Source: Macrostomum lignano
Taxonomy: Eukaryota
Length of the DNA: 64,000 nt
NCBI GenBank assembly: GCA_002269645.1
Contig: NIVC01000280.1
Coordinates: 620,001 to 684,000, forward strand
Direction of reading: 5' to 3'
A program made the translations under genes and the position numbers. Position 1 is the stretch's first letter; each line of letters starts with the position of its first letter. The notes beneath the pieces are model-generated. The model was not told the DNA's origin and did no database searches. It saw nothing but the letters and a program-made list of their open reading frames with translations. Positions 1 to 13,343 of the stretch are shown here, in pieces.

Positions 1-1
1 G

Positions 2-145
2 CTGAACTTCCTACAGATCCTCAGCCTGGAGCAGCAGCAGCACGAGCGGAATATTCGTAAAAAATTTCACGACTTGCGCTGCGCACTCGCCAGCAGGCAG
101 CTCGAAATTGAGCAGGGCATGCTCAGAGAGGAGTCTGAAGCCTGA
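2..145 (+). CDS. RASSF: 3' terminal exon (partial) of a RASSF-family protein, SARAH domain
   Basis: The frame from nt 2 reads LNFLQILSLEQQQHERNIRKKFHDLRCALASRQLEIEQGMLREESEA*, with TGA at 143-145. It resembles the RASSF SARAH helix (ELxNFLxILxxEExxxxxxIxxKY). The gene is truncated by the window edge and the paralogue cannot be assigned. Confidence 0.75.
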   Translation: MNFLQILSLEQQQHERNIRKKFHDLRCALASRQLEIEQGMLREESEA

Positions 146-847
146 CCTCATCTCCTCTGTCTCTCCTAAGTCAAAACATTTTTGTGTTTTTTTTATTTAA
201 AGTGCTATTGTGTACTTTAATTTTTCATCTATCGAGGGGCATGGGCTTTGGTTTTTTACTTGATTGTTCAGAGATTGCCATTATATTTTTATAGTAATAT
301 GCTTTGTAAATGAATTAATTTATTAACTGTGCATATCTAATTTTTATCTCCAATAAAAATGCAATGCAATTCATTGTCTGTATAAAGGCGGTTTTTCCTG
401 TTTTTTTGTTTAACCTCACTAACTTGGCTCTCTTCCCGTAAGTGCATATTGTACTTTCATGATTTTTGGAGCCATTTTTCCTTTTCATGTCTGTCATAGT
501 TATACCTGCGCTTTTTAGTGAAGGAGTCATATCAAGCTTAATATTTTTTCAGGTACTGCTTGTTGGCTATTTTTGTATCCAATATTTTTACTTCCCAGCA
601 GATCTAATTGGCTGTTCTATTCCTTCTTGTCGATTTTATAACCCATTTCCTCTCCACATGACGCTTGACGCTTTATCCAGAAAGCTCAATGCGTCTGTTT
701 GCTAAAGTTTCATTAGTTCGATTATATGCTGCCAAATTGTTGTTCATATTCATAATTTTCGAATTATTTTGTTCATACTCGTTTGGGAGTTCACTATTGT
801 ATACCTTCTTTTTAATAATAAAATGATTATAATTGATTACACCGGCC

Positions 848-1086
848 CCAATAGGACCAGTTGTGCAACCGACAGCTCAGCCGCAGCTATTGCGCGGCGC
901 ATCTGAAGGCTGTTCAGTCCATGGACGGGGGGTCACAACACGCACCCATATTAGAGCTGGGTGAACTGAAGCAATGCACAGAGTTAAGCGTCTTGCTCAA
1001 GGACACAAATAGTGTCCAGTGGGATCGGGAATCGAACCGGGACCTTCAAGTCGTGAGTCCGACACTAACCACTAGGCTACAACCCT
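848..1086 (-). mobile_element. tRNA-derived SINE, family 1, copy A
   Basis: The minus strand reads agggttgtagcctagtggttagtgtcggactcacgacttgaaggtcccggttcgattccc (A box, B box, tRNA-like head). It continues into ccttgagcaagacgcttaactct...gttcacccagct and a tail shared with the copy at 15821-16093. Confidence 0.85.
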
Positions 1087-2139
1087 TATACTAGGGGGTG
1101 CTCCTATATTTTATTCCTTTTTAAGACGATCATTAAGTAAAAATAGGCGTGCAATCTAAAAATAGCAACAGCATTTTCTCTCCCCAGTGTACATGTACAC
1201 TAATCTAAAAATAGCAACAGCAACATCCTCTCCCAATGTACATGTTGCATTGTACACTTAATCTAAAAATAGTAACCATGTCTTCCTATCCAGATGTACA
1301 CCCAATCTAAAAATAGCCACAGCATTATTTAAATCCTTCATGATTCGCCGCTTATAAATGCAATTACGAGTACAATAGTAAAAATATGGCTAATTGGCTT
1401 AGTTACGAGTATATAGATTTGTACTCCAGTAATATTTTAGTAACTATCGAGTATCAAATGACACAATCTGTAAATGATATACTGTATTTTTAGTTAGTCT
1501 TCCATTAACTTTTTTTATTAATTAATAAGCATTGAGTTTTGTGCTCATCAACGAGGATGGTTGGTTGAAATTATATTTTCAGTACTGCTAATAAGTAGTA
1601 GTAAAAAAAATATTTTCGGTCTATTTAAATTTCAGCTATTTCCTTAATCGAGAATTAGTACTCACTTAATTTTCTTTTTCTTGGATTTTCGTATTACTAT
1701 TAATTAAATAAATGAAGCACTGAGGGTGCTTGCTTACCTGAACTTTTTGACCCAGCAATTGTCACAAAAATTATTTTTGAAATATCAAGTCAATTGATTT
1801 GCTTCTTTGTTGATTGTTATTTCTGTTAAACTGAATGGAGTTTCATCGGGTTGCCTAATTTAGTTCAGGCTGTATCTGAGCTAGGTAGCAATGGAGTGCT
1901 TATTGTGTAGTAGAAGGCAGGTAGGGGGGTGTTTACATTCGCTCAGAGCATCCTTCAATGCATTCTGTTTCAGCTTAGGTCTCAGAGCATCGTTGCATCA
2001 GCATTAGCTAAACTGCTCACTGTTGCTTCAGCTGGTCGTTGTGAACTTGCTTTGGAATTCGAAGGTAAGTGTGCACCTGCGTGCTTCAGTACCAGTGGAA
2101 CCTGGGTTCTGGGTAGTGAATTCAGCCCTGAACACTGAC

Positions 2140-5100
2140 AGAACCTGTCACTGAACACAGGCAGAATCTGTCACTGAACACAGAATCTGTCACTGAACAC
2201 AGAATCTGTCACTGAACACAGAATCTGTCACTGAACACAGAATCTGTCACTGAACACAGAATCTGTCACTGAACACAGGCAGAATCTGTCACTGAACACA
2301 GGCAGAATCTGTCACTGAACACAGACAGAATCTGTCACTGAACACAGGCAGAATCTGTCACTGAACACAGACAGAATCTGTCACTGAACACAGACAGAAT
2401 CTGTCACTGAACACAGACAGAATCTGTCACTGAACACAGGCAGAATCTGTCACTGAACACAGAATCTGTCACTGAACACAGAATCTGTCACTGAACACAG
2501 GCAGAATCTGTCACTGAACACAGAATCTGTCACTGAACACAGACAGAATCTGTCACTTAACACTGACAGAATCTGTCACTGAACACAAAATCTGTCACTG
2601 AACACAGAATCTGTCACTGAACACAGAATCTGTCACTGAACACAAAATCTGTCACTGAACACAGAATCTGTCACTGAACACAGAATCTGTCACTGAACAC
2701 AGAATCTGTCACTGAACACAGAATCTGTCACGGAACACAAAATCTGTCACTGAACACAGACAGAATCTGTCACTGAACACAGACAGAATCTATCACTGAA
2801 CACATAATCTGTCACTGAGCACAGGCAGAATCTGTCACTGAACACAGAATCTGTCACTGAACACAGACAGAATCTGTCACTGAGCACAGGCAGAATCTGT
2901 CACTGAACACAGGCAGAATCTGTCACTGAACACAGACAGAATCTGTCACTGAACACAAAATCTGTCACTGAACACAGAATCTGTCACTGAACACAGAATC
3001 TGTCACTGAACACAGAATCTGTCACTGAACACAGAATCTGTCACTGAACACAAAATCTGTCACTGAACACAGACAGAATCTGTCACTGAACACAGAATCT
3101 GTCACTGAACACAAAATCTGTCACTGAACACAGACAGAATCTGTCACTGAACACAGAATCTGTCACTGAACACAAAATCTGTCACTGAACACAGACAGAA
3201 TCTGTCACTGAACACAGAATCTGTCACTGAACACAAAATCTGTCACTGAACACAGACAGAATCTGTCACTGAACACAGAATCTGTCACTGAACACAGGCA
3301 GAATCTGTCACTGAACACAGGCAGAATCTATCACTGAACACAGAATCTGTCACTGAACACAAAATCTGTCACTGAACACAGACAGAATCTGTCACTGAAC
3401 ACAGAATCTGTCACTGAACACAGAATCTATCACTGAACACAAAATTTGTCACTGAACACAGACAGAATCTGTCACTGAACACAGAATCTATCACTGAACA
3501 CAAAATCTGTCACTGAACACTGACAGAATCTGTCACTGAACACAGGCAGAATCTGTCACTGAACACAGACAGAATCTGTCACTGAACACAGGCAGAATCT
3601 GTCACTGAACACAGAATCTGTCACTGAACACAGACAGAATCTATCACTGAACACAGAATCTGTCACTGAACACAGGCAGAATCTATCACTGAACACAGAA
3701 TCTGTCAGTCACTGAACACAGACAGAATCTGTCACTGAACACAGACAGAATCTGTCACTGAACACAGACAGAATCTGTCACTGAACACAGAATCTGTCAC
3801 TGAACACAGAATCTGTCACTGAACACAGGCAGAATCTGTCACTGAACACAGAATCTGTCACTGAACACAGAATCTGTCACTGAACACAGGCAGAATCTAT
3901 CACTGAACACAGAATCTGTCACTGAACACAGGCAGAATCTATCACTGAACACAGACTCTGTCACTGAACACAGAATCTGTCACTGAACACAGAATCTGTC
4001 ACTGAACACAGACAGAATCTGTCACTGAACACAGACAGAATCTGTCACTGAACACAGACTCTGTCACTGAACACAGAATCTGTCACTGAACACAGAATCT
4101 GTCACTGAACACAGACAGAATCTGTCACTGAACACAGACAGAATCTGTCACTGAACACAGAATCTGTCACTGAACACAGAATCTGTCACTGAACACAGAC
4201 AGAATCTGTCACTGAACACAGAATCTGTCACTGAACACAGGCAGAATCTATCACTGAACACAGAATCTGTCACTGAACACAGACAGAATCTGTCACTGAA
4301 CACAGAATCTGTCACTGAACACAGGCAGAATCTGTCACTGAACACAGGCAGAATCTATCACTGAACACATAATCTGTCACTGAGCACAGGCAGAATCTGT
4401 CACTGAACACAGAATCTGTCACTGAACACAGACAGAATCTGTCACTGAGCACAGGCAGAATCTGTCACTGAACACACAATCTGTCACTGAACAGACAGGA
4501 TCTGTCACTGAACACAAACAGAATCTGTCACTGAACACAGGCAGAATCTGTCACTGAACACAGGCAGAATCTATCACTGAACACAGAATCTGTCACTGAA
4601 CACAGACAGAATCTGTCACTGAACACAGGCAGAATCTGTCACTGAACACAGAATCTGTCACTGAACACAGGCAGAATCTATCACTGAACACAGACTCTGT
4701 CACTGAACACAGAATCTGTCACTGAACACAGAATCTGTCACTGAACACAGACAGAATCTGTCACTGAACACAGACAGAATCTGTCACTGAACACAGAATC
4801 TGTCACTGAACACAGAATCTGTCACTGAACACAGACAGAATCTGTCACTGAACACAGAATCTGTCACTGAACACAGACAGAATCTGTCACTGAACACAGA
4901 ATCTGTCACTGAACACAGGCAGAATCTGTCACTGAACACAGGCAGAATCTATCACTGAACACATAATCTGTCACTGAGCACAGGCAGAATCTGTCACTGA
5001 ACACAGAATCTGTCACTGAACACAGACAGAATCTGTCACTGAGCACAGGCAGAATCTGTCACTGAACACACAATCTGTCACTGAACAGACAGGATCTGTC

Positions 5101-5370
5101 ACTGAACACAAACAGAATCTGTCACTGAACACAGAATCTGTCACTGAACACAGGCAGAATCTGTCACTGAACACAGGCAGAATCTATCACTGAACACATA
5201 ATCTGTCACTGAGCACAGGCAGAATCTGTCACTGAACACAGAATCTGTCACTGAACACAGACAGAATCTGTCACTGAGCACAGGCAGAATCTGTCACTGA
5301 ACACACAATCTGTCACTGAACAGACAGGATCTGTCACTGAACACAAACAGAATCTGTCACTGAACACACA
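2140..5370. repeat. 3.2-kb minisatellite, 19/23-bp units AGAATCTGTCACTGAACAC(+AGAC/AGGC)
   Basis: Direct tandem array. It lies between a perfect donor (GAAG|GTAAGT, 2064/2065) and an acceptor CACAG one base before the TATDN1 ATG, so it probably fills a 5'UTR intron. Confidence 0.95.
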
Positions 5371-5407
5371 CTTCATTCCCTGCTCGGCTTACACAGCTCT
5401 GCACAGC

Positions 5408-7513
5408 ATGGCTTCGGGGCCGCGGCCGCAGTACCGCTTCATCGACATCGGCGCGAACCTGACTGACCCGGTGTTCCGCGGCGTCTATCGCGGCCGCCAG
5501 CTTCACCAGGACGACTTCGACGCTGTACTGCGTCGGGCGGCCGAAGTCGGCGTCGAGCGAATCATCGTCACCGGCGGCAGCTTGTCGGAGAGTAAAGCGG
5601 CGCTGCACCTCTGCCGCGACCAGCTGACAGCCGGCGGGGACCGTCAGGTGCGACTGACCTGCACAGTCGGCTGTCACCCCACCAGGTCCGTGTCGGGCCA
5701 ACTGTTGCTTAGCAACTAGAGTGAGCCTTAGGTACAACTATAAAAGTCCCTTAGCAACTTCTTGAAATCGCCTTAGCAATGGCCACAGCCGTTGCTTAGC
5801 AACCCAGACTGGCAGTAGCTACGGTCGTAACCGTTGCTTAGCAACCCAGACTAGCAGTAGCTATGGTCGTAACCGTTGCTTAGCAACCCAGACTGGCAGT
5901 AGCTACGGTCGTAACCGTTGCTTAGCAACCCAGACTGGCAGTAGCTACGGTCGTAACCGTTGCTTAGCAACCCAGACTAGCAGTAGCTATGGTCGTAACC
6001 GTTGCTTAGCAACCCAGACTGGCAGTAGCTACGGTCGTAACCGTTGCTTAGCAACCCAGACTAGCAGTAGCTATGGTCGTAACCGTTGCTTAGCAACCCA
6101 AACTGGCAGTAAGCTACGGTCGTAACCGTTGCTTAGCAACCAAAAAATTACCTAGTTACGAAATTAAAAGACGTTCATATACAGATTTTCTTATACCTGT
6201 TGCTAAGCAACCAGCTAAAGTCATCCTGCTTGCTTAGCAATCTATAAATTAGCTTGACGATCATGATTTTAGCGTACCAACAAATTGTTAATTTTTTGTT
6301 GAATTTCCTGCAACAACAGGTCATCAGAGATGGAGTCGGACCCGGCCGGCTACCTGAACTCACTGCGGCAGCTGGTGGAGGCCAACAGGGATCTGGTGTC
6401 GGCCGTGGGAGAGACCGGGCTGGACTACGATAGGGAGCACTTTGCACCCAGGGAGGTGCAGATGCGACACTTCCGGTTGGTTTGGCCAGCTGGGTGATTT
6501 TGGTGTATTTAGAGACTGTTTAGTGGGCTCCCAGGTTGCCTTCCCTGGGTCTTCAGGTTGGGCTACTCAGAGTCTTCAGGTTGGGCTGCTCAGAGTCTTC
6601 AGGTTGGGCTACTCAGAGTCTTCAGGTTGGGCTGCTCAGAGTCTTCAGGTTGAGCTGCTCAGAGTCTTCAGGTTGGGCTGCTCAGAGTCTTCAGGTTGGG
6701 CTGCTCAGAGTCTTCAGGTTGGGCTGCTCAGAGTCTTCAGGTTGAGCTGCTCAGAGTCTTCAGGTTGAGCTGCTCAGAGTCTTCGGATTGGGCTGCTCAG
6801 GTTGTTCAGGTTCGGCTACTTAGATTGTTCTGGTTGGGCTACTCAGGTTGTTCTGGTTGGGCTACTCAGGTTGTTCAGGTTGGGCTACTCAGGGTCTCCA
6901 AGTTGAAACCCCACGAGAGAAGCATCAGGCTCGCGTTTCTCACGTCGCTAGCCACTCCCCCGCCAGCTCCCAGGTGTCCCTGGCCTGCCAGCTGCGCCTG
7001 CCGCTGTTCCTGCACTGCCGCGCCAGCCACGCTGAATTCCGAGCCGTGCTGTCCGAATTCGCCAGCCAGCTGCCCTCGCCGCCAGGCGTTGTGCACACCT
7101 TCGACGGCTCGGCGGAGGACGCGGCCGAGCTGCTGGCCATGGGGTTCTATCTCGGCCTGAACGGGTGCAGCCTGAAGACCGCCGACAATCTCCGCGTGGT
7201 GTCCGGCCTGCCGCTGGATCGTCTGCTACTGGAGACGGACGCGCCCTGGTGCGAGGTGAAGCCCAGCCACGCCGGTCATAGTCACGTGACTCCCAGTTCG
7301 AGGTTCGAGTCGCGCAAAGCGGAGCGCTGGTCGCCCGGCTGCATGGTGAAGGGCCGAAACGAGCCGGCTTGCATTCTGCAGGTGCTGCAGGTGGTGGCGG
7401 CCACCTTGGGCCAGCCAGCCGAGAAGGTGGCATCGGCGGCTTTTGCCAACACCTGCCGGCTGTTTGGCTTGGCAGAAGCTGCTGCTCCTTCAACTGTCGA
7501 AGGCGACAACTAG
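5408..7513 (+). CDS. TATDN1: TatD-family deoxyribonuclease, TATDN1-like; exons 5408-5685, 6320-6475, 6967-7513 (326 aa)
   Basis: Motifs [67 protein letters not shown] and RNEP are present. Introns are GT-AG with matching phase 2/2, and the exon sum of 981 nt is divisible by 3. Confidence 0.95.
5790..6140. repeat. 42-bp minisatellite (9 copies) carrying the palindrome GTTGCTTAGCAAC, TATDN1 intron
   Basis: Unit CCGTTGCTTAGCAACCCAGACTGGCAGTAGCTACGGTCGTAA, with palindrome starts at 5791, 5833, 5875 ... 6128. Confidence 0.95.
6548..6900. repeat. 23-bp minisatellite CTTCAGGTTGGGCTGCTCAGAGT, TATDN1 intron
   Basis: Direct tandem array that degenerates toward 6900. Confidence 0.9.
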
Positions 7514-8569
7514 CGATAGTCATGAGGAAAGTCATGATTGAAAACATTGTTTCCTTTCCTTCGGTTATTTCTTGGCACTGCGTTTGTCTACTATTGCACC
7601 ATAGCAGTATAATTTTTTTGACAATAAAAATCCTGCACAAACGATCATAGTTGAACGCACTATGTTTGTTATCTCTTTAAACCAAATTAACGTGCCCACC
7701 TTTGGTGCCTTTTATTGAGTTTTTATTTCTGAGTCAAACTTCTATCTCGCCTGTACATACTGTAGCTCGACAATCAGTAGAAAAAGAAACAAAAAATGAA
7801 AGATGAAAATTGAAAAGCAAACCTTATCACAACAATTTTTTCCCGTTTTACGAAAAGAACCTACTAATATAAATGAATGGAAACGAAATTGACCATTAAT
7901 TGTATGCGTTTAGTCAAAGGGCTTTTAACAGCTCGGCTTTTTGACACCTTTGATGGATATACATTAGTCTAAAAACTTTCTCGCTTTTATTTGCTTAGCA
8001 CTTCTAAAGTCACATGATTCAAAGACTAGACTTTTGGTCCTTGGTTTGATTAAAAAAACAATCTTTTTGCCAGCATATATACTCTTATACAAAGCATCAA
8101 AGATCAGATGAAATTGAAGTCTTGGCGTTCTTTGTAACAAATATATATTAAATCGGTTACCATTCACGGAGTTAAACGAGCTTCAAGTGGACCCTGACTA
8201 ATTACGGCTATTAAATGAGCTATTAATTTTAGCAGTACAGTTTTCCGGTGTTATGTTACAATAAAAGTATTCAAATTATAACAAGCTATATCTGTTTACT
8301 GACAAAAGCTTTCTTAAGTTCATATAAAGTTGCTGAATTGAATATAAAAATATACTTTTTGCGGCTTCAGTGTTTTGATCAGAAATATATTATGCAGTAA
8401 GACGAGTCAATAGTTCTTCGTAACTTTTAAATACATCTTTTTATGATATTATCTAAGTTTAACCCTAACAACGTTGTGAACTGGTATATTTAATTTAAGA
8501 CGTGGGCCGTACTGGTACCAAAATAATAATATATTATAATACCACGTCTGTTACGAGGAAAACTAAAAT

Positions 8570-11500
8570 ATGAGTTCAGAAAAAGATAAAAAGGGGTATA
8601 GCGGCGCTCCTTTCGGTTTTCAGTCAACACGGTAAGTAAAAAAACTCATTCTAAAAATAACCAAAAACATAATTTTGCATTGTCTTCACGACTTCAGTCT
8701 GTTATCTTCGCATTTATAATGCTAAAAATTCCTTTTAAAAGGGAAATTAGGGAATGTTGTGTTATTACATTTTATGTTTTTAAGCCAGTTAATGAGTTTT
8801 TATTCTCATGAATGTGTACTTTTACTAAATTTAAGTGCATCAAAATGTTACTTACAAGTTCGTAGATGTTTTTTTAATATAGTGAAGGTGAAAACAGGAT
8901 TTTTTGTGAAAAATATTTTACTTCAAAGCACACTGCAATGTTTTTTTACTTTTTCAAAACAATTGTTTAAATATACTTTTTTGATTAAAATTATTCTGAT
9001 TGGTTGCAGTTTTTCTCCTGTAAGTTCAGTGAATGCGAAAAATCTGTGAATAATTTGTTCATAATATCATACATAAGACAGATGTGAGATTTTTGTCTTA
9101 AGTAAAAACTTATTTTTAATGCTAATATCTGCACTTTTACTTTCAGGTGTCTGGAGTGTCTCTTTTTATCTATGCAAACACAAATGATAGTAGCTACATT
9201 TCTCATTACACCTTTCAAGCAAATATCTTTATTTCTTCAGTGAAAGACCCATGAGAAATAAAAAATTGGAATTAGTAGTTTAACTAATTCGATGGGTTTC
9301 TTGTTGAAATGAGAGTTTCGTGACATTCAAATTTATTTGAATTGATAAGGTGATATCATTTTAAAATTCCAGTCATACAGCCGCGCACTCTACACACATG
9401 AGTATAGTAAATCAGTCTGAAAAAATCTGCTTTAGCTGATGAGCTCTATTATCATTTGATACTTGATTAACATTGCATGAGAATTAATAGGCTAGTACTA
9501 GTAATAAAAGTAGCAAAACACTTTTTAAATGCTGAATGTTGCAACCGATTGATTTTTTGCACCCCTCCCTTAGAACTATAGTCATACTACGTTTATATTA
9601 CCGCTGAATTAGCTACCGATTTTTAGTTATAGTTGCTATAATTCAATTTGTTTTTTATTATTTACTCGTCAAATAAATCCGGAATTAACGAATCGGTAAA
9701 ATAAACAGATTCGACGTGTCCGGAATTCATCCCAAGCGGAAACTGCCGGGAACTCTGACTCAAGTGCCCGGCGGAATCAGCGCCGTGAGTTTTGTTATAA
9801 TACGAGCGTATTTACGCCTTTTTATTTTTAATTTAAAACAAAACAACACTCGCTCGGACTAATTTAACAGGACCTCGGCCCAGGCAGCTACGATGTGCTT
9901 CAATACAACGAGTTCAGCGACAAAAGAGTCGCCTCACGAGCCCAGGGTCCCAACTGGAAGCGGGCCTACGATGTGCACAGACAAAGCCAGATTCCGCATC
10001 TGCTGTACAAAGAGCAGCACGCCGAGAAAGAGGAACAGAAGCGGAAGCTGGGACCCGGATACTATGATGTAGCTGGATCGCAGGACTACCGGCTAGAGGT
10101 GCCTGAAGCTGTTATTTGGATAGAATCTATTAAGAAAATGCCAGAAACATTTTTTAAGTTTAATTTCTGATCTAACTTCAGCTCAAGTGCTCAATATACA
10201 TGTATAAACAGCAAATTAATGACTTTTTCACCTCTCCTGATGTTGAGCTGTGTAGTAATCTAGCTTTATTTGGTATTTTAAAGTTTTTAGCAACAACTAA
10301 AAAGTCAGTAAAACAAAAGTGCAGGCCGATGATTAGAGAGAGATAGAGAAGAGTTGGGGATGCAGCAGATATGAAAATCGATAAAAATTCACCCATCGCT
10401 TGTGCGGGGGTTAGGGGGCAGAAAATCAGAGGGACATGTACATTGATAATAAAATCGATAAAAATTCACCCACCTCAAAGCGACAGGCGCTTGCGCCGGG
10501 GTTAGGGGGCCGGGGGGCAGAAAATGAGAGAGACACGTACACTGATAAGAAAATCGATAAAACCCCGACAGGAGCCCGGAAAATGTTGGTAGAAATGAGG
10601 TCAGCCAGAGAATCGTTCGCTCTCACGAACACCAAATGAGCGGAGATCTGTCTGTCTGTCTCGTAGCAAAGGACTTTAGCGATTTCAGGAAATTGATATT
10701 TACAAAGACTGATGAAACAAAGAGTTCGGTCAGAAAATCAATATAAAAGAACTATCGAATCGAATGAACCAATAAAACTCCCCCAGGTATCAAAACGCGG
10801 CCTCCTGGAAGCCCGGGAGCCCCGGTTCCGCGGCCACACCGGGCAGGAGGGCAACCCGGGTCCCGGCAGCTACGGCAAAAGCGGCGTGCCACATCTGCAC
10901 AAGGAGGAGATGGACGAGAAACGGCGCCACTGCGGCCGGGTCGGCATGCTCGACTGCGGCGGCAGCCGCGCCCCGCCCCAGCAGGGAACCGACCTCGGGC
11001 CGGGCACCTACCAGATCCCCAGCTTCACGGACCTGTTAGCGGCTAAGAAGGCTGGAAAGAATTCCCGAGGCCCATACGAAGTTTTCTCATTGGATCGGTG
11101 AGGCTTGCGTTCTGTTGGGGTACGGGACTGGTGTCTGAAATGACTAGTAGTCGCCTTATTATTTTTCATTCCATTCAGTGAGGCAGAGATGGTGTACATT
11201 CAGTCGGACAGGGGTGGTGTACATTCAGTCGGACAGGGGTGGTGTACATTCAGTCGGACAAGGGTGGTGTACATCAGTGGGGCAGGGATGTTGTACATTC
11301 AGTGAGACAGGGATGAACGATGGTGTACATTCAGTGGGGCAGCGATGATGTACATTCAATGGGACAGGGGTGGTGTACATTCAGAGACGGATCGCGTAGC
11401 TTAACTGGTCCAGAGTCACGTGACTATGAAAACCGTATATAAAACTTCATCGCCTTACTCATCCACAACGACTCAGGGACCAGCCGGTAAAAACCGGACA

Positions 11501-13343
11501 CTACGCTCGCATGTCAACCGGCAACCTGGGCCCAGGCCAGTACAACTTTAAAGACGGCGTGGCCGATCTCAATAGGCCGGAGAAGCGCAACCACGGCAAA
11601 TTCCTCAAGATGGTGCAGTACCCGGCCAAGCCGTGCGACCGAATCTACTGGATGACGCCTGCCACTGTGCCACCTGATCCCACGGTAACATTCCCCAGCC
11701 TCCTGTGATACTCTCTGGGATTCCCCAGCCTCCTGTGATACTTTCTAGGATTCCCCAGCCTCCCGGAATACTCTCTGGGATTCCCCAGGCTCCTGTGATA
11801 CTCTCTGGGATTCCTTAGCCTCCTGTGATGCTCTCTGGATTCCCCAGCCTCCCGAAATACTCTCTGGGATTCCCCAGCCTCCTATGATACTCTCTGGTAT
11901 TCCCCAGCCTCTCGAAATACTCTCTGGGATTCCCCAGCCTCCTATGATACTCTCTGGTATTCCCCAGCCTCCCGAAATACTCTCTGGGATTCCCCAGCCT
12001 CCTATGATACTCTCTGGTATTCCCCAGCCTCCTATGATACTCTCTGGTATTCCCCAGCCTCCCGAAATACTCTCTGGGATTCCCCAGCCTCCCGAAATAT
12101 TATCTGCATTCCCCAGCCTCCTGTGATACTCTTTGAGATTCCCCAGCCTCCTGTGATACTCTCTGGGATTCCCCAGCCTCCTGTGATACTTTCCGGGATT
12201 CCCCAACCTCCTGTGATTCTCTCTGTATTCCCCAACCTCCTGTGATTCTTTCTGTATTCTTCAGCCTCCTGTGATTCTCTCGGGGATTCCCCAGCCTCCC
12301 GGAATACTCTCTGGGATTCCCCAGCCTCCTGTGATACTCTCTGGGATTCCCCAACCTCCTGTGATTCTCTCTGTATTCTTCAGCCTCCTGTGATTCTCTC
12401 TGGGATTCCCCAGCCTCCCGAAATACTATCTGGGATTCCCCTAATCTCTAAAAATCTTCTATCTAATGATAATTATATCTTAACTCCTTCCTTTAAAATG
12501 CTACATACGCTACTCATAGTAAACTTTATTTTTTAAGTTAATCTCATGTTTATATTGAAAATTTCAGAACAAGGTCTCCGCTGCCTCCTACCACCCGACC
12601 GATCCAAACTTCAAGAAGGAGTCTTTCTCCAAGAGCGAAGCCGGCTTCTTGAGCACTTCAAACAGGCAGGACAAGCGTTCGCTAATGTTCTTTACAAAGA
12701 ACTTCGTAAGTTTCGACGGGAAATCCGTGGAATTTCCGTGGAAACAAACCCCGGGGCTAGATTCTGATTGTATCCTTCGAAAATATGAGGAAAACCCGCT
12801 TTCAGTGATTTGGAAGGTTGGCCTTGGTTTAAGAACAATTGAAAACAAATTTCAAACTCAACCACGATAGTCCACCTAATATCTGACCCACTGACCCACT
12901 GACCTACCTGTCCCACCTGACTCACTGACCTATCTGACCCACTGACCCACCTGTCTCACTTGACCAACTTGACTCACTGACTCAACCTTGACCCGTAGAA
13001 CCAAGTCGGGCCGGGCCGCTACGACATCCAGCGCCAGGAGGACACGGCTCACGTGAACGCTCACACCAACGACTTCGTGTCCAAGACTGAGGCTCGCCTA
13101 TCGCACGGCCAGCAGCAGGTGTACAGGTGAGTTTATCGTTTCTCGTTTCTATCATACGATAAATATAATCTTCATCAGCCTGACACTGTCTTCCATTATC
13201 TCCCCCGCCGCAGGGAGCGACTCCGCGACAAGGACATCCCACCGGGCCGCAGGTTCCGGGTCGACCACGTGGCCACCGAGAAGGAGCCATTCGTTAATAT
13301 TCAGCCCCTGTTCGCAGCCAGGGACCCTCTGGTCATCCAGTGA
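8570..13343 (+). CDS. CIMAP2: Ciliary microtubule-associated protein 2 (LEXM/C1orf177)-like; exons 8570-8631, 9709-9784, 9871-10098, 10787-11097, 11477-11684, 12568-12705, 12999-13126, 13214-13343 (426 aa)
   Basis: Motifs GAPFGFQSTRFDVS, repeated (L/P)GPGxY, RGLLEAREPRFRG, RGPYEVFSLDR, HGKFLK...DRIYW and VGPGRY follow the order I recall for human LEXM. All 7 introns are GT-AG and phase-consistent (1281 nt). The end of exon 3 is the least certain boundary. Confidence 0.9.
11185..11385. repeat. ~24-bp minisatellite GGTGTACATTCAGTCGGACAGGGG, CIMAP2 intron 4
   Basis: About 7 degenerate tandem copies. Confidence 0.8.
11690..12445. repeat. 30-bp minisatellite TTCCCCAGCCTCCTGTGATACTCTCTGGGA, CIMAP2 intron 5
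   Basis: Begins about 5 nt after the donor at 11685. It generates the artefactual GIPQPP/GGWGIP ORFs. Confidence 0.95.

Noticed and set aside
1980-5400. Minus-strand gene spliced across the 3.2-kb satellite
   Set aside because: Candidate donor and acceptor phases are incompatible or give immediate stops. The plus-strand 5'UTR intron model fits better.
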